Shown: in pieces, positions 37,942-48,312 of the stretch
Numbering within the stretch: position 1 is the first letter of the stretch
Layout: the number at the start of each line of letters is the position of its first letter
From: an uncultured delta proteobacterium
Lineage (GTDB): Bacteria > Desulfobacterota > Desulfobacteria > Desulfobacterales > SpSt-501
DNA length: 64,000 nt
Reading direction: 5' to 3'
Assembly (NCBI GenBank): GCA_963785045.1
Contig: CAWAUC010000020.1
Location: 277,661-341,660, forward strand
The notes under the pieces: model-generated
Databases searched by the model: none
Told to the model about the DNA's origin: nothing
Seen by the model: only the letters and a program-made list of their open reading frames with translations
Program-made: the position numbers and the translations under genes

Positions 37942-38430
37942 ATGGCAAAAACGTTTCGGGTCATGGACCGGGGGATCAACTGGCTATTGGCCGTTCTGAT
38001 GGCCGTGATGGTGGTGGTCATCGCTTTGCAGGTCTGGTACCGGTTCATCCTGAACAATCCCCTGGACTGGTCCGAAGAGCTGGGCCGCTACCTTTTCGTT
38101 TGGATCTCCTTCCTGGGTGCCGCGGCCGGCGTGCGTTACCAGGTTCATTTGGGAATCGACGCCTTGGAAAAAATAATCGGCCGGGACGCCTTTCGCTACG
38201 TGCTCGTGCTGATCAATATCGTCATCCAGATTTTTCTGCTCTTCATCATCTACTGGGGGTTCACGCTGCTGACCGTCGTGCGGTTTCAGACGTCCCCTTC
38301 CATGCTGATCCCCATGACCTACCCGTATGCCGCCGTCCCCGTCGGGGCTATCTTCATGCTCATTAACTCCCTGCGGATCGCCCATGCCTCCCTGAAAGGC
38401 AAACCTATCGATTTAGAGATCACGCTATGA
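37942..38430 (+). CDS. dctQ: TRAP transporter small permease (DctQ)
   Basis: 162 aa with 4 TM segments. It overlaps the dctM start. Confidence 0.8.
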   Translation: MAKTFRVMDRGINWLLAVLMAVMVVVIALQVWYRFILNNPLDWSEELGRYLFVWISFLGAAAGVRYQVHLGIDALEKIIGRDAFRYVLVLINIVIQIFLLFIIYWGFTLLTVVRFQTSPSMLIPMTYPYAAVPVGAIFMLINSLRIAHASLKGKPIDLEITL

Positions 38431-39704
38431 GCCTCATCCTGTTCGGCTCCCTCGCCCTGTGTTTCATCATCGGCATGCCCATTGCCTTTTCGTTGGGCGT
38501 GGCCTCCCTGGCAACGCTCCTGCTCGGGATGAAAATTCCTCTGACCGTCATGGCCCAGCGAATGTTCACCGGCGCGGATTCTTTTCCACTGATGGCGATC
38601 CCTTTCTTCATGCTGGCAGGAGAGCTCATGGAGTCCGGCGGCATCTCCCGCCGGCTGGTGGACTTCGCCCACTCGCTTGTGGGGTTTGTCTATGGCGGTT
38701 TGGCCATGGTGGCGGTGGTGGCCGCCATGTTCTTCGCCGGCATCTCCGGCGCGGCAGCGGCGGATACGGCGGCCGTCGGTTCGGTGTCCATCCCGGCCAT
38801 GATCCGCAAGGGATACGCCCGGGGTTTCGCGGCCGCCGTCCAGGCATCGGGCGGCTCCATCGGCGTCGTCATACCCCCTTCGATCCCGATGATCATCTTC
38901 GGTGTCGTGGCCGGGGTGTCCATCGGCAAGATGTTCATGGGCGGATTCATCCCCGGGCTGCTGATCGGGCTGGCCCTGATGACGGTGAGTTATTTCAAAG
39001 CCAAACAGTACAAGTACCCGAAGGATCCTTTCGTCGGCGTCCGGCAGATTTACCGGACCTTTTTTGGCGCGGTGTGGGCCCTGATGATGCCCGTCATCAT
39101 CCTCGGTGGAATTCTGGGGGGCGTCTTCACTCCCACCGAGGCCGCGGTCATCGCCGCGGTTTACGCCGTCCTCGTCGGGTTTCTGATTTACCGTGAACTG
39201 CGGATCAAGGATCTTCCCAGGCTTCTGACCCGTGCGGCCGTCTCCACCTCGACCGTCATGCTGCTGATCACCACGGCGAACGTCTTCGGCTGGCTGCTGA
39301 CGGCCGGCCGCATTCCCCAGACCGTCACCGCCTACATGCTGACCCTCACCAGCTCCCAAACGGTTCTCTACACCTTGATTCTGGTTATCCTTCTTATTGT
39401 CGGAACCTTCATGGAGACCTCGGCCTCCATCATCATTCTGACACCGGTGTTCATGCCGGTGATCGAGCAGTTCGGAATCGACCCGGTGCATTTCGGCGTG
39501 GTGATGGTCGTCGCACTGGCGATCGGCATGCTGACGCCGCCCCTGGGCATCTGTCTGTTCATTGCCTGCAACATCGCGCGCATCCCCATGACCGAAATCC
39601 TGAAATTCATCACTCCCTTCCTGGTGGTCATGATTGGGATTCTGCTTCTCATCACCTATGTGCCCGGGATCGTGATGTTCATCCCAAACCTATTCTCCCA
39701 TTAG
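38427..39704 (+). CDS. dctM: TRAP transporter large permease (DctM)
   Basis: 425 aa with about 12 TM segments and DctM-typical blocks (FTGADSFPLMAIPFFMLAGELM). Confidence 0.9.
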   Translation: MSLILFGSLALCFIIGMPIAFSLGVASLATLLLGMKIPLTVMAQRMFTGADSFPLMAIPFFMLAGELMESGGISRRLVDFAHSLVGFVYGGLAMVAVVAAMFFAGISGAAAADTAAVGSVSIPAMIRKGYARGFAAAVQASGGSIGVVIPPSIPMIIFGVVAGVSIGKMFMGGFIPGLLIGLALMTVSYFKAKQYKYPKDPFVGVRQIYRTFFGAVWALMMPVIILGGILGGVFTPTEAAVIAAVYAVLVGFLIYRELRIKDLPRLLTRAAVSTSTVMLLITTANVFGWLLTAGRIPQTVTAYMLTLTSSQTVLYTLILVILLIVGTFMETSASIIILTPVFMPVIEQFGIDPVHFGVVMVVALAIGMLTPPLGICLFIACNIARIPMTEILKFITPFLVVMIGILLLITYVPGIVMFIPNLFSH

Positions 39705-39744
39705 AAATTGAGCGATTCTGTGGATTCACATTTGCAAGACCTTC

Positions 39745-40389
39745 TCAGGCCGTCTGGGCCTTCACCGACACCACATACTTGACCCAGTGGCTGCCGTAGT
39801 GGTCCTCCGCCACAACCCGCAGCGGAAAACCGTGCGCCTCCGGGAGCGGTTCACCGTTCACGGCATAGGCCAGGAACACTTTCTCCTGCCGGACCTCTTC
39901 GATCGTAAACACCTCCTTCTTTTCAAGCAAATCGTCCGAGCTGCGGATTTCAACCCGGGCAACCCCCTCGCGCACCCGCGCGGCCTCCAGAATTTTTCTC
40001 AGCGAAACCCCTTTCCAATCCGCAACAAAAGAGAAGACACCCGGGCAGACCAGCAGCACGCGGCGTTGCATGCTCGGAAGCGCCGCGATGTCTTCATAGC
40101 TTAGTGCCAGCGGCCGATCCACTTCACCGGAGACCTGCAGGCGCCACGTTGCCAGGTCCGCCGTATGCATCGTCTGGCCCATCGTACCGAAGAGCCGGAT
40201 GGGCGTGGCCTCCAGATTGCGGATGTCGAGCTTGGCCGGGTCCTCCTGGAAAAGGGTCGTGGTCCGCGTTCCTTTCGGCAGGATCCTGCGGATCTGGGCC
40301 CTGACGATTCGAACCGCGGGTGAAAGCAGCATGAAAATGGAAGCACACCCACCGAGGAAGCGTTTGACGAAATGCCGTCGCGTATACAT
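39745..40389 (-). CDS. molybdopterin-dependent oxidoreductase (sulfite-oxidase / MsrP-like fold) with Tat-like signal
   Basis: The N-terminus MYTRRHFVKRFLGG resembles a twin-arginine signal. Oxidoreductase_molybdopterin-like blocks are present: WRLQVSGEVDRPLALSYEDI, AYAVNGEPLPEAHGFPLRVV, HWVKYV. Confidence 0.7.
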   Translation of the reverse strand: MYTRRHFVKRFLGGCASIFMLLSPAVRIVRAQIRRILPKGTRTTTLFQEDPAKLDIRNLEATPIRLFGTMGQTMHTADLATWRLQVSGEVDRPLALSYEDIAALPSMQRRVLLVCPGVFSFVADWKGVSLRKILEAARVREGVARVEIRSSDDLLEKKEVFTIEEVRQEKVFLAYAVNGEPLPEAHGFPLRVVAEDHYGSHWVKYVVSVKAQTA

Positions 40390-40541
40390 TGATGTTCCCC
40401 CTTTCGATCGCTTGCCTCTCAAGATAAATCAGGCGCCGTCCAATGAACAGTCCCAGGGGATTTTTTGTGCAGGATATCCGATTCTTGACATCACGCGCGG
40501 TTTGGCTTAGACAAACGCGTCTATCAATTAAGGATGAAACC

Positions 40542-42236
40542 ATGCCAAGCCCAAAAAGTTCACGCGGCCCCCTGCGATCCTCCGAGATGACCAAGGGTGT
40601 AGACCGCGCCACGCATCGCTCCCTGCTCTATTCCATGGGCTGGCGGCCGGAGCACCTCGACAAGCCACTGGTGGCCGTGGTGAACTCGTTCAACGAGCTC
40701 ATGCCGGGCCACATCCACCTGAACGCCCTGTGCCAGGCCATCAAGCTCGGCATCGCCGAGGCTGGCGGCACCCCGCTCGAGTTCCCCACCATCGCGGTCT
40801 GCGATGGGCTCGCCACCGGCCACACGGGTATGCGCATGCCCATGCCCAGCCGCGAGCTCATCGCGGACTCGATCGAGATCATGATCACCGCTCACGCCTT
40901 CGACGCCATGGTGCTCTTGACCAACTGCGACAAGGTTACCCCCGGAATGCTGATGGCGGCCGCCCGGCTGAACATCCCGGCCCTGCTCGTTTCCGGCGGG
41001 CCCATGGACACCGGCTGCTTCCGCGGCAAGCGCGTCTGCTACAACGACCTGATGGAGGCCGAAGGCCTGGTGGAACGGGGCAAGATGCCGCCCGAGGAGC
41101 TGGCGGCCTTTGAGGAAGTGGCCGTCTGGGGGCCGGGCGCCTGCGCCATGATGGGCACGGCCAACAGCATGAACATCCTGGCCGAGGCCCTGGGAATGAC
41201 CGTGACCGACAACGCTCTCACCCCGGCCACCTCCGGAGCCCGGATGGCGATCGCCCGGAGGGCCGGCCGGCAGATCATGGAGCTTCACCACCGGAACATC
41301 CTGCCCCGGGACATCTTAACCCGTGCTGCCTTCGAAAACGCGCTGGCCGTAGACATGGCCGTGGGCGGCTCCACCAACACCTGCCTGCACCTTCCGGCCA
41401 TCGCCGCCGAAGCCGGGCTGCGGCTCGATCTGGCGGAGTTCTCCCAGGCCGCCGCGCGGGTACCACACCTGGTCCTGCTCAAGCCCGCCGGCCGGCACTT
41501 CCCGCTGGACTTCTACAACGCCGGCGGGGTCGCCGGCCTGATGAAGGAGCTCCTCGACAACGGCAAGATCCACGGGGAGTGCCTGACGGTGACCACCCGG
41601 AGCATGGGCGAGAACCTGGCCACCCGCCGAATTCTCGACGAAGACGTGATCCGGCCGGTCAAAAACCCGCTCAGCCCGACCGGCGGCCTGGCCATCCTCT
41701 CCGGCAGCCTGGCGCCCGAGGGGGCGGTGGTCAAGAAGGCGGCGGTCGCGCCCGAAATGCTCAGGCACAGCGGCCCGGCGCGGGTCTTCGAGCAGGAGGA
41801 GGCGGCGCTCGCAGCCATTTTCGGCAGCAAGATCCAGCCGGGGGACGTGGTGGTGATCCGCTACGAGGGGCCCAAGGGCGGGCCGGGCATGCGCGAGCAG
41901 CTCCTGCCCACCTCGGCCATCATCGGCATGGGGTTGGGCAAGTCCGTGGCGCTGGTCACCGACGGCCGCTTCTCCGGCGCCACCCAGGGAGCCTGCGTCG
42001 GCCACGTGACGCCGGAGGCTTACCTCGGCGGGCCGATTGCCTTCGTGGAGGAAGGCGACACCATCGTTATCGACATCCCCGCCGGGAAAATCGACTTGGC
42101 CGTGTCGCCGGAGGTGATCGAGCGGCGGAGAAAGAACTGGCGTGTTCCCGAGCGCACCATCCTGGAAAAAGGGAGCCTGCTCGAGCGCTACCGGCGCCTG
42201 GTCGGCCCGGCCACACGGGGTGCCACCTTCGAGTAG
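40542..42236 (+). CDS. IlvD/Edd-family dehydratase, second paralog
   Basis: 564 aa and collinear with ilvD ([50 protein letters not shown]). The CPGxGSC block is replaced by [13 protein letters not shown]. The start is the ATG at 40542, preceded by an AAGGA RBS. Confidence 0.85.
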   Translation: MPSPKSSRGPLRSSEMTKGVDRATHRSLLYSMGWRPEHLDKPLVAVVNSFNELMPGHIHLNALCQAIKLGIAEAGGTPLEFPTIAVCDGLATGHTGMRMPMPSRELIADSIEIMITAHAFDAMVLLTNCDKVTPGMLMAAARLNIPALLVSGGPMDTGCFRGKRVCYNDLMEAEGLVERGKMPPEELAAFEEVAVWGPGACAMMGTANSMNILAEALGMTVTDNALTPATSGARMAIARRAGRQIMELHHRNILPRDILTRAAFENALAVDMAVGGSTNTCLHLPAIAAEAGLRLDLAEFSQAAARVPHLVLLKPAGRHFPLDFYNAGGVAGLMKELLDNGKIHGECLTVTTRSMGENLATRRILDEDVIRPVKNPLSPTGGLAILSGSLAPEGAVVKKAAVAPEMLRHSGPARVFEQEEAALAAIFGSKIQPGDVVVIRYEGPKGGPGMREQLLPTSAIIGMGLGKSVALVTDGRFSGATQGACVGHVTPEAYLGGPIAFVEEGDTIVIDIPAGKIDLAVSPEVIERRRKNWRVPERTILEKGSLLERYRRLVGPATRGATFE

Positions 42237-43045
42237 ACCAGATCTCCCAAGGGTTTTTTCGCCCCCGTCCCATAGCCTTTCTGCTCTATCAGCGCCTCTA
42301 GATGGGAAATCCGGCGCTGGTTTTCCGGGTGCGATGCAAAGTAGTGCCCGAAGCGGCCCGGATCCTGGGAAGTGAGGATTTTTCGGAAAAAATCGGTTGC
42401 CCCGGCCGAATGTCCATAAGCGCACTGCAGCACCTCCAGCCCGAACTCGTCGGCTGCCGTCTCCTGGCCGCGCGAGAAGCTCAACTCCGTGATGTTGAGG
42501 ATCTGGCCGAGCGCTGCGCTGATGCCGCTGTTCGGCCCGAACAGCGCCGCTGAAATCGTCATCAAAACGAGTGCTCGCCCCGCCGCCCGCAGGTGGTCCC
42601 GGTGTTTGAAGTGCCCCATCTCGTGCGCCAGAATAAAGGCGAGCTCGTTCTCGGAGGTGACCGTTTTCAAAAGCCCGCTGAAGACCACCACGTGCCCGCC
42701 GGGCAGGGCGAGGGCATTGACGGCCGGGCTCTCCTGCACGTGGACCTTCAGGCGGTAGGGAAGGTCCGCGCAGCGGGTCTGGAGACGGTCCGTCAGCGCT
42801 TGAACCCACCGTTCGTGTTCCATGCCGCCCGGCTTGGATTCCAGGTCGGAGAAAAACCCGCCGGCGAGTTTCTTTTCGAAATCCACCGAAAGGCGCGGCA
42901 CGATCAGATCGACCGCCAGGCCCAGGGCCAGGTAAATCCCCACGGCGATGCCGGTCAGGGCGCCCGCGAGGAGAACGAACTCCTTCAGCGCGGAGCGCGG
43001 GGTGACGTTCACCTCCGATACAGGCAGGCGCGGGGTGTATTTCAT
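42188..43045 (-). CDS. M48-family zinc metallopeptidase
   Basis: One or two N-terminal TM helices and the zinc motif [11 protein letters not shown] (HExxH). An ATGA overlap joins it to the upstream YbjQ gene. Confidence 0.8.
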   Translation of the reverse strand: MKYTPRLPVSEVNVTPRSALKEFVLLAGALTGIAVGIYLALGLAVDLIVPRLSVDFEKKLAGGFFSDLESKPGGMEHERWVQALTDRLQTRCADLPYRLKVHVQESPAVNALALPGGHVVVFSGLLKTVTSENELAFILAHEMGHFKHRDHLRAAGRALVLMTISAALFGPNSGISAALGQILNITELSFSRGQETAADEFGLEVLQCAYGHSAGATDFFRKILTSQDPGRFGHYFASHPENQRRISHLEALIEQKGYGTGAKKPLGDLVYSKVAPRVAGPTRRR

Positions 43046-43494
43046 TGGGGTCTAAGCCACAGGGCGGTCCCGTAGGCCACGGCTTCCACGCAGCTGACAT
43101 TTCCCTTGCGGGCTTTCTTGCCGATCGACGCGGTTTCGAGCCGGAGGTTGACGATCACGACGGCATCCCCTGCCACTTCCTTCATGCGCAGGATGGCCTC
43201 GCGCCGGGCGCGGTCGAGGAGCGTCTCGTAGGAATGAACCGTCCCGCCGAAAATCTTGCGCAGTGTGGCGACAAATTGCTTGAAAAAATCGACTGAAATC
43301 ACCGCACTGCCGAGCACCAGTTCGGCCGCTTCGATCTGCGCCTCGCTGTAATGGGACGTTCGGGTGGTAACGGCCGGAAGGCGCAGCAGCGCCTTTTCGC
43401 GTGCGCGGATGGACCGATAGTGGCGCTTCTCCGCGATCGTTCCGGCCGTGTAGCCGACCCCCATCAGGATGCAAAAAATAAGAAGGCTCTCCAT
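43042..43494 (-). CDS. YbjQ (UPF0145) family protein with N-terminal TM helix
   Basis: 150 aa. MESLLIFCILMGVGYTAG is the TM segment, followed by a YbjQ-like region (VLGSAVISVDFFKQFVATLRKIFGG...YETLLDRARREAILRMKEVA..AVAYGTA). The longer ORF-track product to 43929 is a shadow extension. Confidence 0.7.
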   Translation of the reverse strand: MESLLIFCILMGVGYTAGTIAEKRHYRSIRAREKALLRLPAVTTRTSHYSEAQIEAAELVLGSAVISVDFFKQFVATLRKIFGGTVHSYETLLDRARREAILRMKEVAGDAVVIVNLRLETASIGKKARKGNVSCVEAVAYGTALWLRPQ

Positions 43495-43505
43495 GGCCGG
43501 CTCTC

Positions 43506-44138
43506 TTACTCGACCCGCACCGCCGTGCCGTACGCATACAGCTCGGCCGCACCCTGTGCGATGGAGGAGGTGGAGTAGCGGACGTTGACGACGGCATTCG
43601 CACCCAGCTGGCGCGCCTGCTCCACCATGCGATCGGTGGCCTCCTGCCGGGATTCCTGCAGCAGTTCGGTGTAGCTCTTGATCTCCCCGCCGACGAGGTT
43701 CCGGAAACTGGCCATGATGTCCCGGCCGATGTGCTTGGCCCGGATGGTGCTGCCCGCCACCAGCCCGAAGTGCTCGACAATGGTCTGGCCGGGAATGTTC
43801 TCGACGTTGGTGAGAATAATGTTCCCGGCCGACAGGCGGCTTTTCTTCGGAGCGGCCGACGGGGTTGCGGCAGCCATCTGCAGGCCGGACGGTGGTTCGC
43901 CGGCGCCGGCGACCGGCTTCAGGACGCAAATCGCCCCGGCCGATTCGAATTTGGATTTAAACTTTTCAGCCGTCTCGCCCGCCACCTGCTTGCGCAGAGT
44001 GAAGGGCCGGCCGGAAAACAGCGTCTCCACCGTGCTGGGGTCTTTTTTCAAAACGGACGCGAGCGCCTTTCTGACCTCCCCAGGGTCTTTACCCGGAAGG
44101 ATTTTGCCCTCGAAAACAATATCATAATAGGTTCCCAT
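43506..44138 (-). CDS. YbjQ (UPF0145) family protein with extra N-terminal ~75-aa domain
   Basis: The C-terminal block is VEHFGLVAGSTIRAKHIGRDIMASFRNLVGGEIKSYTELLQESRQEATDRMVEQARQLGANAVVNVRY. By eye, the N-terminal domain YYDIVFEGKILPGKDPGEVRKALASV...AEKFKSKFESAGAICVLK resembles an L7/L12 C-terminal-like fold. Confidence 0.7.
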   Translation of the reverse strand: MGTYYDIVFEGKILPGKDPGEVRKALASVLKKDPSTVETLFSGRPFTLRKQVAGETAEKFKSKFESAGAICVLKPVAGAGEPPSGLQMAAATPSAAPKKSRLSAGNIILTNVENIPGQTIVEHFGLVAGSTIRAKHIGRDIMASFRNLVGGEIKSYTELLQESRQEATDRMVEQARQLGANAVVNVRYSTSSIAQGAAELYAYGTAVRVE

Positions 44139-44283
44139 GCCGCCTCCTGCCTGGCCGATCCGGAATTTTGTTACACCCGAGGGTGAATGTTGAATTAGTA
44201 TCGGTCTTTTCAAAAAAAGGTTTAACCCGAACATTTCATGAAATGTCCGGGTTGACCGGGTGATGAAAGACACGCATCCGACC

Positions 44284-44463
44284 GTCCGCCAAGGCGACTA
44301 TTGGCTGGAGGCTCGGAGGCTGGAACGCCAGGAGGCTAAAAAAAGGCAGAAAAGGTTTTGCTTCAAGCTTCCCAGCTTCCCAGCCTTCTATCTTCGGACC
44401 TAAAACGCATTTACAAAAGCCGCACAACGCCGGATCACGACCTGCGATGCGGTTTTTTTACCC
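44284..44463. repeat. MITE-like intergenic repeat, copy C (core plus degenerate right end)
   Basis: GCCAAGGCGACTATTGGCTGGAGGCTCGGAGGCTGGAACGCCAGGAGGCTAAAAAAA...GCCGCACAACGCCGGATCAC...GGTTTTTTTACCC. It sits about 100 bp upstream of copy D, in tandem orientation. Confidence 0.65.
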
Positions 44464-44563
44464 TGTTAGAAGCATATTCGCTTGACTGAAACACCTGCGA
44501 CCGGCATTATGATCGGCACTCACCGTCGATGGGGCGTAAATGTCGTTTTCGAACCCTCAACAA

Positions 44564-44761
44564 GGTGTCGAAAAACAAGTATCCGGCTGTCAGCCAAGGC
44601 GACTATTGGCTGGAGGCTCGGAGGCTGGAACGCCAGGAGGCTAAAAAAAGCCAGCAAAGGTTTTGCTTCAAGCTTCCCAGCCTTCTATCTTCGGACATAA
44701 AACGCATTTGCAAAAGCCGCACAATGCCGGATCACGGCCTTAGACGCCGTTTTTCAACACC
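44564..44761. repeat. MITE-like intergenic repeat, copy D (full length, 198 bp)
   Basis: It starts GGTGTCGAAAAAC and ends GTTTTTCAACACC, giving 13-bp terminal inverted repeats with 1 mismatch. It contains all segments seen in copies A-C and ends 17 nt before the first ABC ATPase gene. Confidence 0.7.
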
Positions 44762-44777
44762 CTATGTTAAAGAATGG

Positions 44778-45767
44778 ATGGTCTCCGCGCGCATGCTCAG
44801 CATTCGCAACCTCAAGACCTATTTCCGCACCCCCAAGGGTTTGGCCCGGGCCGTGGACGGCGTCAGCCTGGATATCGGTGCAGGCGAGGTCGTGGGCGTG
44901 GTGGGCGAATCCGGGTGCGGCAAATCGGTCATGGCGCTCTCCATCCTGGGCCTCCTGCCCCGCCCGCCCGCCTTTTTCGCCGGCGGCGAGATTATGTTCA
45001 ACGATCAGGACCTTCTGAAATTCACGCCCGATGAGATGCGCCGACTGCGGGGCAATCAGATCAGCATGATCTTCCAGGAGCCCATGTCGGCGCTGAACCC
45101 GGTCTTTACGGTGGGCAACCAGCTGCAGGAGGTATTTCAGGTCCACCGCAACCTCGGCCGGGCCGCAGCGCTGCAGCACGCCATCGACATGCTCGCCAAG
45201 GTGGGGGTCCCCGCCCCGGAACGCCGGGTGCGGGAATACCCGTACCAGCTCTCCGGCGGCATGCGCCAGCGGGTCATGATCGCCATGGCGCTTGCCTGCC
45301 GGCCGGCCCTGCTTTTAGCCGACGAGCCCACCACGGCGCTCGACGTGAGCATCCAGGCCCAGATCCTCGAACTCATGGCGGCGTTGAAAGAAGAGCTCAA
45401 CACCGCGATCCTCCTGATCACCCACGACCTCGGTGTCGTGGCCGAAATCACCCGGCGCGTGGCCGTCATGTACACGGGCAGGATCATGGAGGAGGCGCCG
45501 ACGCTCGATCTCTTCGACGCCCCGCTGCACCCCTACACCCGCGGGCTTTTAACCTCCATCCCGCGCGCCGATGCCTCCTTTGAAACCGAGAGCCTGACGG
45601 AGATCAAGGGGGTCGTGCCCAGTGCGGCGGAGCTTCCGCCGGGCTGCCACTTCGAACCTCGCTGCCCGCAGGCGATCGGCGTCTGCCGGGCCCAGGCGCC
45701 CGCGCTGGAGGAGGCCCGGCCCGGTCATTGGGTGGCCTGCTGGTGCTGGAGGGCGGCCCATGCCTGA
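44778..45767 (+). CDS. peptide/nickel/opine-type ABC transporter ATP-binding protein (OppD/DppD-like)
   Basis: Walker A is GESGCGKS, the signature is [15 protein letters not shown], Walker B is [11 protein letters not shown], and there is a C-terminal oligopeptide-type extension. The start is chosen at [12 protein letters not shown], because the ORF-track 5' part lies inside the repeat. Confidence 0.85.
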   Translation: MVSARMLSIRNLKTYFRTPKGLARAVDGVSLDIGAGEVVGVVGESGCGKSVMALSILGLLPRPPAFFAGGEIMFNDQDLLKFTPDEMRRLRGNQISMIFQEPMSALNPVFTVGNQLQEVFQVHRNLGRAAALQHAIDMLAKVGVPAPERRVREYPYQLSGGMRQRVMIAMALACRPALLLADEPTTALDVSIQAQILELMAALKEELNTAILLITHDLGVVAEITRRVAVMYTGRIMEEAPTLDLFDAPLHPYTRGLLTSIPRADASFETESLTEIKGVVPSAAELPPGCHFEPRCPQAIGVCRAQAPALEEARPGHWVACWCWRAAHA

Positions 45768-46815
45768 GCTGCTCACGGTGCGAAACCTGGTCAAGCACTT
45801 TCCGGTGCGGGGGGGATTCCTGGGCCGGCAAAGGGCCGTGGTGCACGCCGTGGACGACGTCTCCTTCAGCCTCGGGGAAAACGAAACCCTGGGGCTCGTA
45901 GGCGAGTCAGGCTGCGGCAAGACCACCACCGGATTCAGCATTCTGCGCCTGATCGAGCCCACCTCGGGCGAGGTTTGGTTTCAGGGCGAGAACCTCCTGG
46001 CGCTTGCGCCGGAACGGATGCGCCACCTGCGGCGCCACATGCAGATCGTCTTCCAGGACCCGTTCGGCTCGCTCAACCCGCGCCTGACCGTGGAGCGGCT
46101 CATCGAGGAGCCGCTGCTCAACCACGAGAACCTGAGCGGGGCGGAGCGCCGCAGCCGAGTGGAGGAGGCGCTCGTCATGGTGGGCCTGCTGCCGGAGCAC
46201 ATGACCCGCTTCCCGCACGAGTTCTCCGGCGGGCAGCGCCAGCGCATCTGTGTGGCCCGGGCGCTCGTACTGCGGCCGCGGCTGGTAATCGGCGACGAGC
46301 CCGTCTCGGCCCTGGACGTCTCCGTGCGCGCCCAGGTCCTGAATCTCATGATCAGGCTCCAGCGCCAGCTCAACCTCTCCTATCTCTTCATCTCGCACGA
46401 CCTGGCGGTCGTCCGCTACGTCAGCCACCGCGTCGGGGTGATGTACCTGGGCCTGATGGTGGAGCTGGCCGCGTCCAAGGAGCTGTATACCCGGCCGCTG
46501 CACCCCTACACCTGGGCCCTGCTCTCCGCCGTGCCCGTGCCCGATCCGCGCCGCGCCCGCCAGCGCATCATCCTCGAGGGCGATGTACCCTCGCCCATGA
46601 ACCCTCCGGCGGGGTGCCGCTTCCACCCCCGCTGCTCGGAGGTCATGCCCATCTGCCGGGAGCAAGCCCCGATCATGCGGGTGGTGGAGAACAATCACGC
46701 AGTCAGATGCCATCTATATGATGAAGATGGCGAACCCTGGAACCCCGCGCCTCCGGTGGTTCGGAAATCTGCGACGGAGGCCGGGGACAAACAAATCGAA
46801 GGAGGACATGCATGA
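45760..46815 (+). CDS. peptide/nickel/opine-type ABC transporter ATP-binding protein (OppF/DppF-like)
   Basis: Begins [14 protein letters not shown]. Walker A is GESGCGKTT, the signature is [15 protein letters not shown], and Walker B is [11 protein letters not shown]. It overlaps the upstream gene by 8 nt. Confidence 0.85.
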   Translation: MPELLTVRNLVKHFPVRGGFLGRQRAVVHAVDDVSFSLGENETLGLVGESGCGKTTTGFSILRLIEPTSGEVWFQGENLLALAPERMRHLRRHMQIVFQDPFGSLNPRLTVERLIEEPLLNHENLSGAERRSRVEEALVMVGLLPEHMTRFPHEFSGGQRQRICVARALVLRPRLVIGDEPVSALDVSVRAQVLNLMIRLQRQLNLSYLFISHDLAVVRYVSHRVGVMYLGLMVELAASKELYTRPLHPYTWALLSAVPVPDPRRARQRIILEGDVPSPMNPPAGCRFHPRCSEVMPICREQAPIMRVVENNHAVRCHLYDEDGEPWNPAPPVVRKSATEAGDKQIEGGHA

Positions 46816-48311
46816 AAAAGAAAACGGTTGCAACGATTCTGGGAATTTTGCTGGCGCTGGTCCTGGTCGCAGGGCCGGCCCTGGCCAGGGACAAGGGCAC
46901 TCTGGTCGTGGTGCAGGAAGCCGAGCCGGTGGGCCTGGACATCATGCAGAGCTCGATCCAGACCACCATGAGCGTCTGCTACAACATCCACGACACCATC
47001 CTGAAACCCCAGGAGGACGCGACGGTCAAACCGGGTCTGGTGGAAAAATGGCAGAAGGTGGACGATCTGACCTGGAAGTTCACCCTGGTCAAGGGGGCGA
47101 CCTTCCACAACGGCGAGCCGATCAATGCGGCCGCGGTCAAATTTTCCTTTGACCGGCTGATGAGCGATGCGCTCAAAAGCCCCCATAGGGGCAAACTCAA
47201 CCTCTTCAAAGGCGTCGAGGTCATCGACGACCGGACCTTCACGATGTCGACCTCCCAGCCTTATGCACCCGGCCTTTACATGCTCGCTCAGTACCTGTTC
47301 GTCGTGCCGCCGGAGTACATCAAAAAAGTGGGCGATGCCGAATACAACCTCCACCCCGTGGGATCCGGTCCCTACAAGCTGGACAAGTGGGAGAAGGGCC
47401 AGGAGATTGATTTGAGTGCGTATGACAAGTACTACGGTCCCAAGCCGGCTTATAAAAAACTGGTCTTCAAGGGCGTGCCCGAGGAGGCCTCCCGCATCGC
47501 GTCGCTGTTGACCGGCGAGGCGGACGTGATCAGCGGCGTGCCCGTCCAGCAGCGCAAGAAGATCGTGGATTCGGGCAAGGCCTACCTCACCGACCAGATG
47601 GGGTCCATGAACTATCTTGGCCTGAACACCTATGAGAAGCCCTTCAGCGACGTGAGGGTGCGGCAGGCGCTCAACTACGCCATCAACCGCCCGCTGATCA
47701 ACAAAGCCCTGTTCAATAACAAGGCCATCCTCTGCGCCGGCCCCATCAGCCCGCGCACTTTCGGGGCTGATAAAAGCCTGAAGCCCTATCCCTACGATCC
47801 GGCCAAAGCCAAAAAGCTGCTGGCCGCGGCCGGCTACCCGAACGGCTTCGAGACGCGGCTCGCCTACGGCACCTACATGCCCCAGATCCAGGAGCAGGCC
47901 GAGGTCATCGCCTCGGACCTCGCTAAGGTGGGGATCAAGGTGACGCTGGAGCCGTACGAACGCGCCGTCATGTGGGATAGATACAAGAAAAAAATGCACC
48001 AGATGTACATCTACTTCTGGGACGATGCGCCGGAGCCCGACCGCTACATGTACTCCCTGTTCAACTCCAAGAGCCGCGACTACTACTACAAGAACGAGAA
48101 GGTCGATGCGCTGCTGGACAAGGGGCGGAGCACCATGGACCCGGTCGCCCGGGCCAAGGTCTACAACGAGATCGACCGGGTCCTGTACCAGGACGCCCCG
48201 TGGGTTTATCTCTACGTAATCCCCGAGGTCTATGGGGTTGCAAACTCGGTGATCTACAAGGGGTCGCGGGACGGGTATCTGATCATGTGCACGGCCAAAC
48301 CGAGGAAGTAA
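46812..48311 (+). CDS. ABC transporter substrate-binding protein, family 5 (peptide/nickel/opine)
   Basis: 499 aa with the signal peptide [25 protein letters not shown]. Family-5 blocks are present: [42 protein letters not shown]. Confidence 0.85.
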   Translation: MKKKTVATILGILLALVLVAGPALARDKGTLVVVQEAEPVGLDIMQSSIQTTMSVCYNIHDTILKPQEDATVKPGLVEKWQKVDDLTWKFTLVKGATFHNGEPINAAAVKFSFDRLMSDALKSPHRGKLNLFKGVEVIDDRTFTMSTSQPYAPGLYMLAQYLFVVPPEYIKKVGDAEYNLHPVGSGPYKLDKWEKGQEIDLSAYDKYYGPKPAYKKLVFKGVPEEASRIASLLTGEADVISGVPVQQRKKIVDSGKAYLTDQMGSMNYLGLNTYEKPFSDVRVRQALNYAINRPLINKALFNNKAILCAGPISPRTFGADKSLKPYPYDPAKAKKLLAAAGYPNGFETRLAYGTYMPQIQEQAEVIASDLAKVGIKVTLEPYERAVMWDRYKKKMHQMYIYFWDDAPEPDRYMYSLFNSKSRDYYYKNEKVDALLDKGRSTMDPVARAKVYNEIDRVLYQDAPWVYLYVIPEVYGVANSVIYKGSRDGYLIMCTAKPRK

Positions 48312-48312
48312 A

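Noticed and set aside
43495-43929. An N-terminal extension of the ORF 43042-43929 (295 aa).
   Set aside because: The upstream part is Arg/Gly/Pro-rich shadow sequence overlapping the YbjQ gene at 43506-44138 in another frame. A good start (MESLL) exists at 43494.
44482-44513. A TTGACT...TATGAT promoter between repeat copies C and D.
   Set aside because: The spacer is 20 nt, which is too long for a standard sigma-70 promoter. I keep it only as a note.
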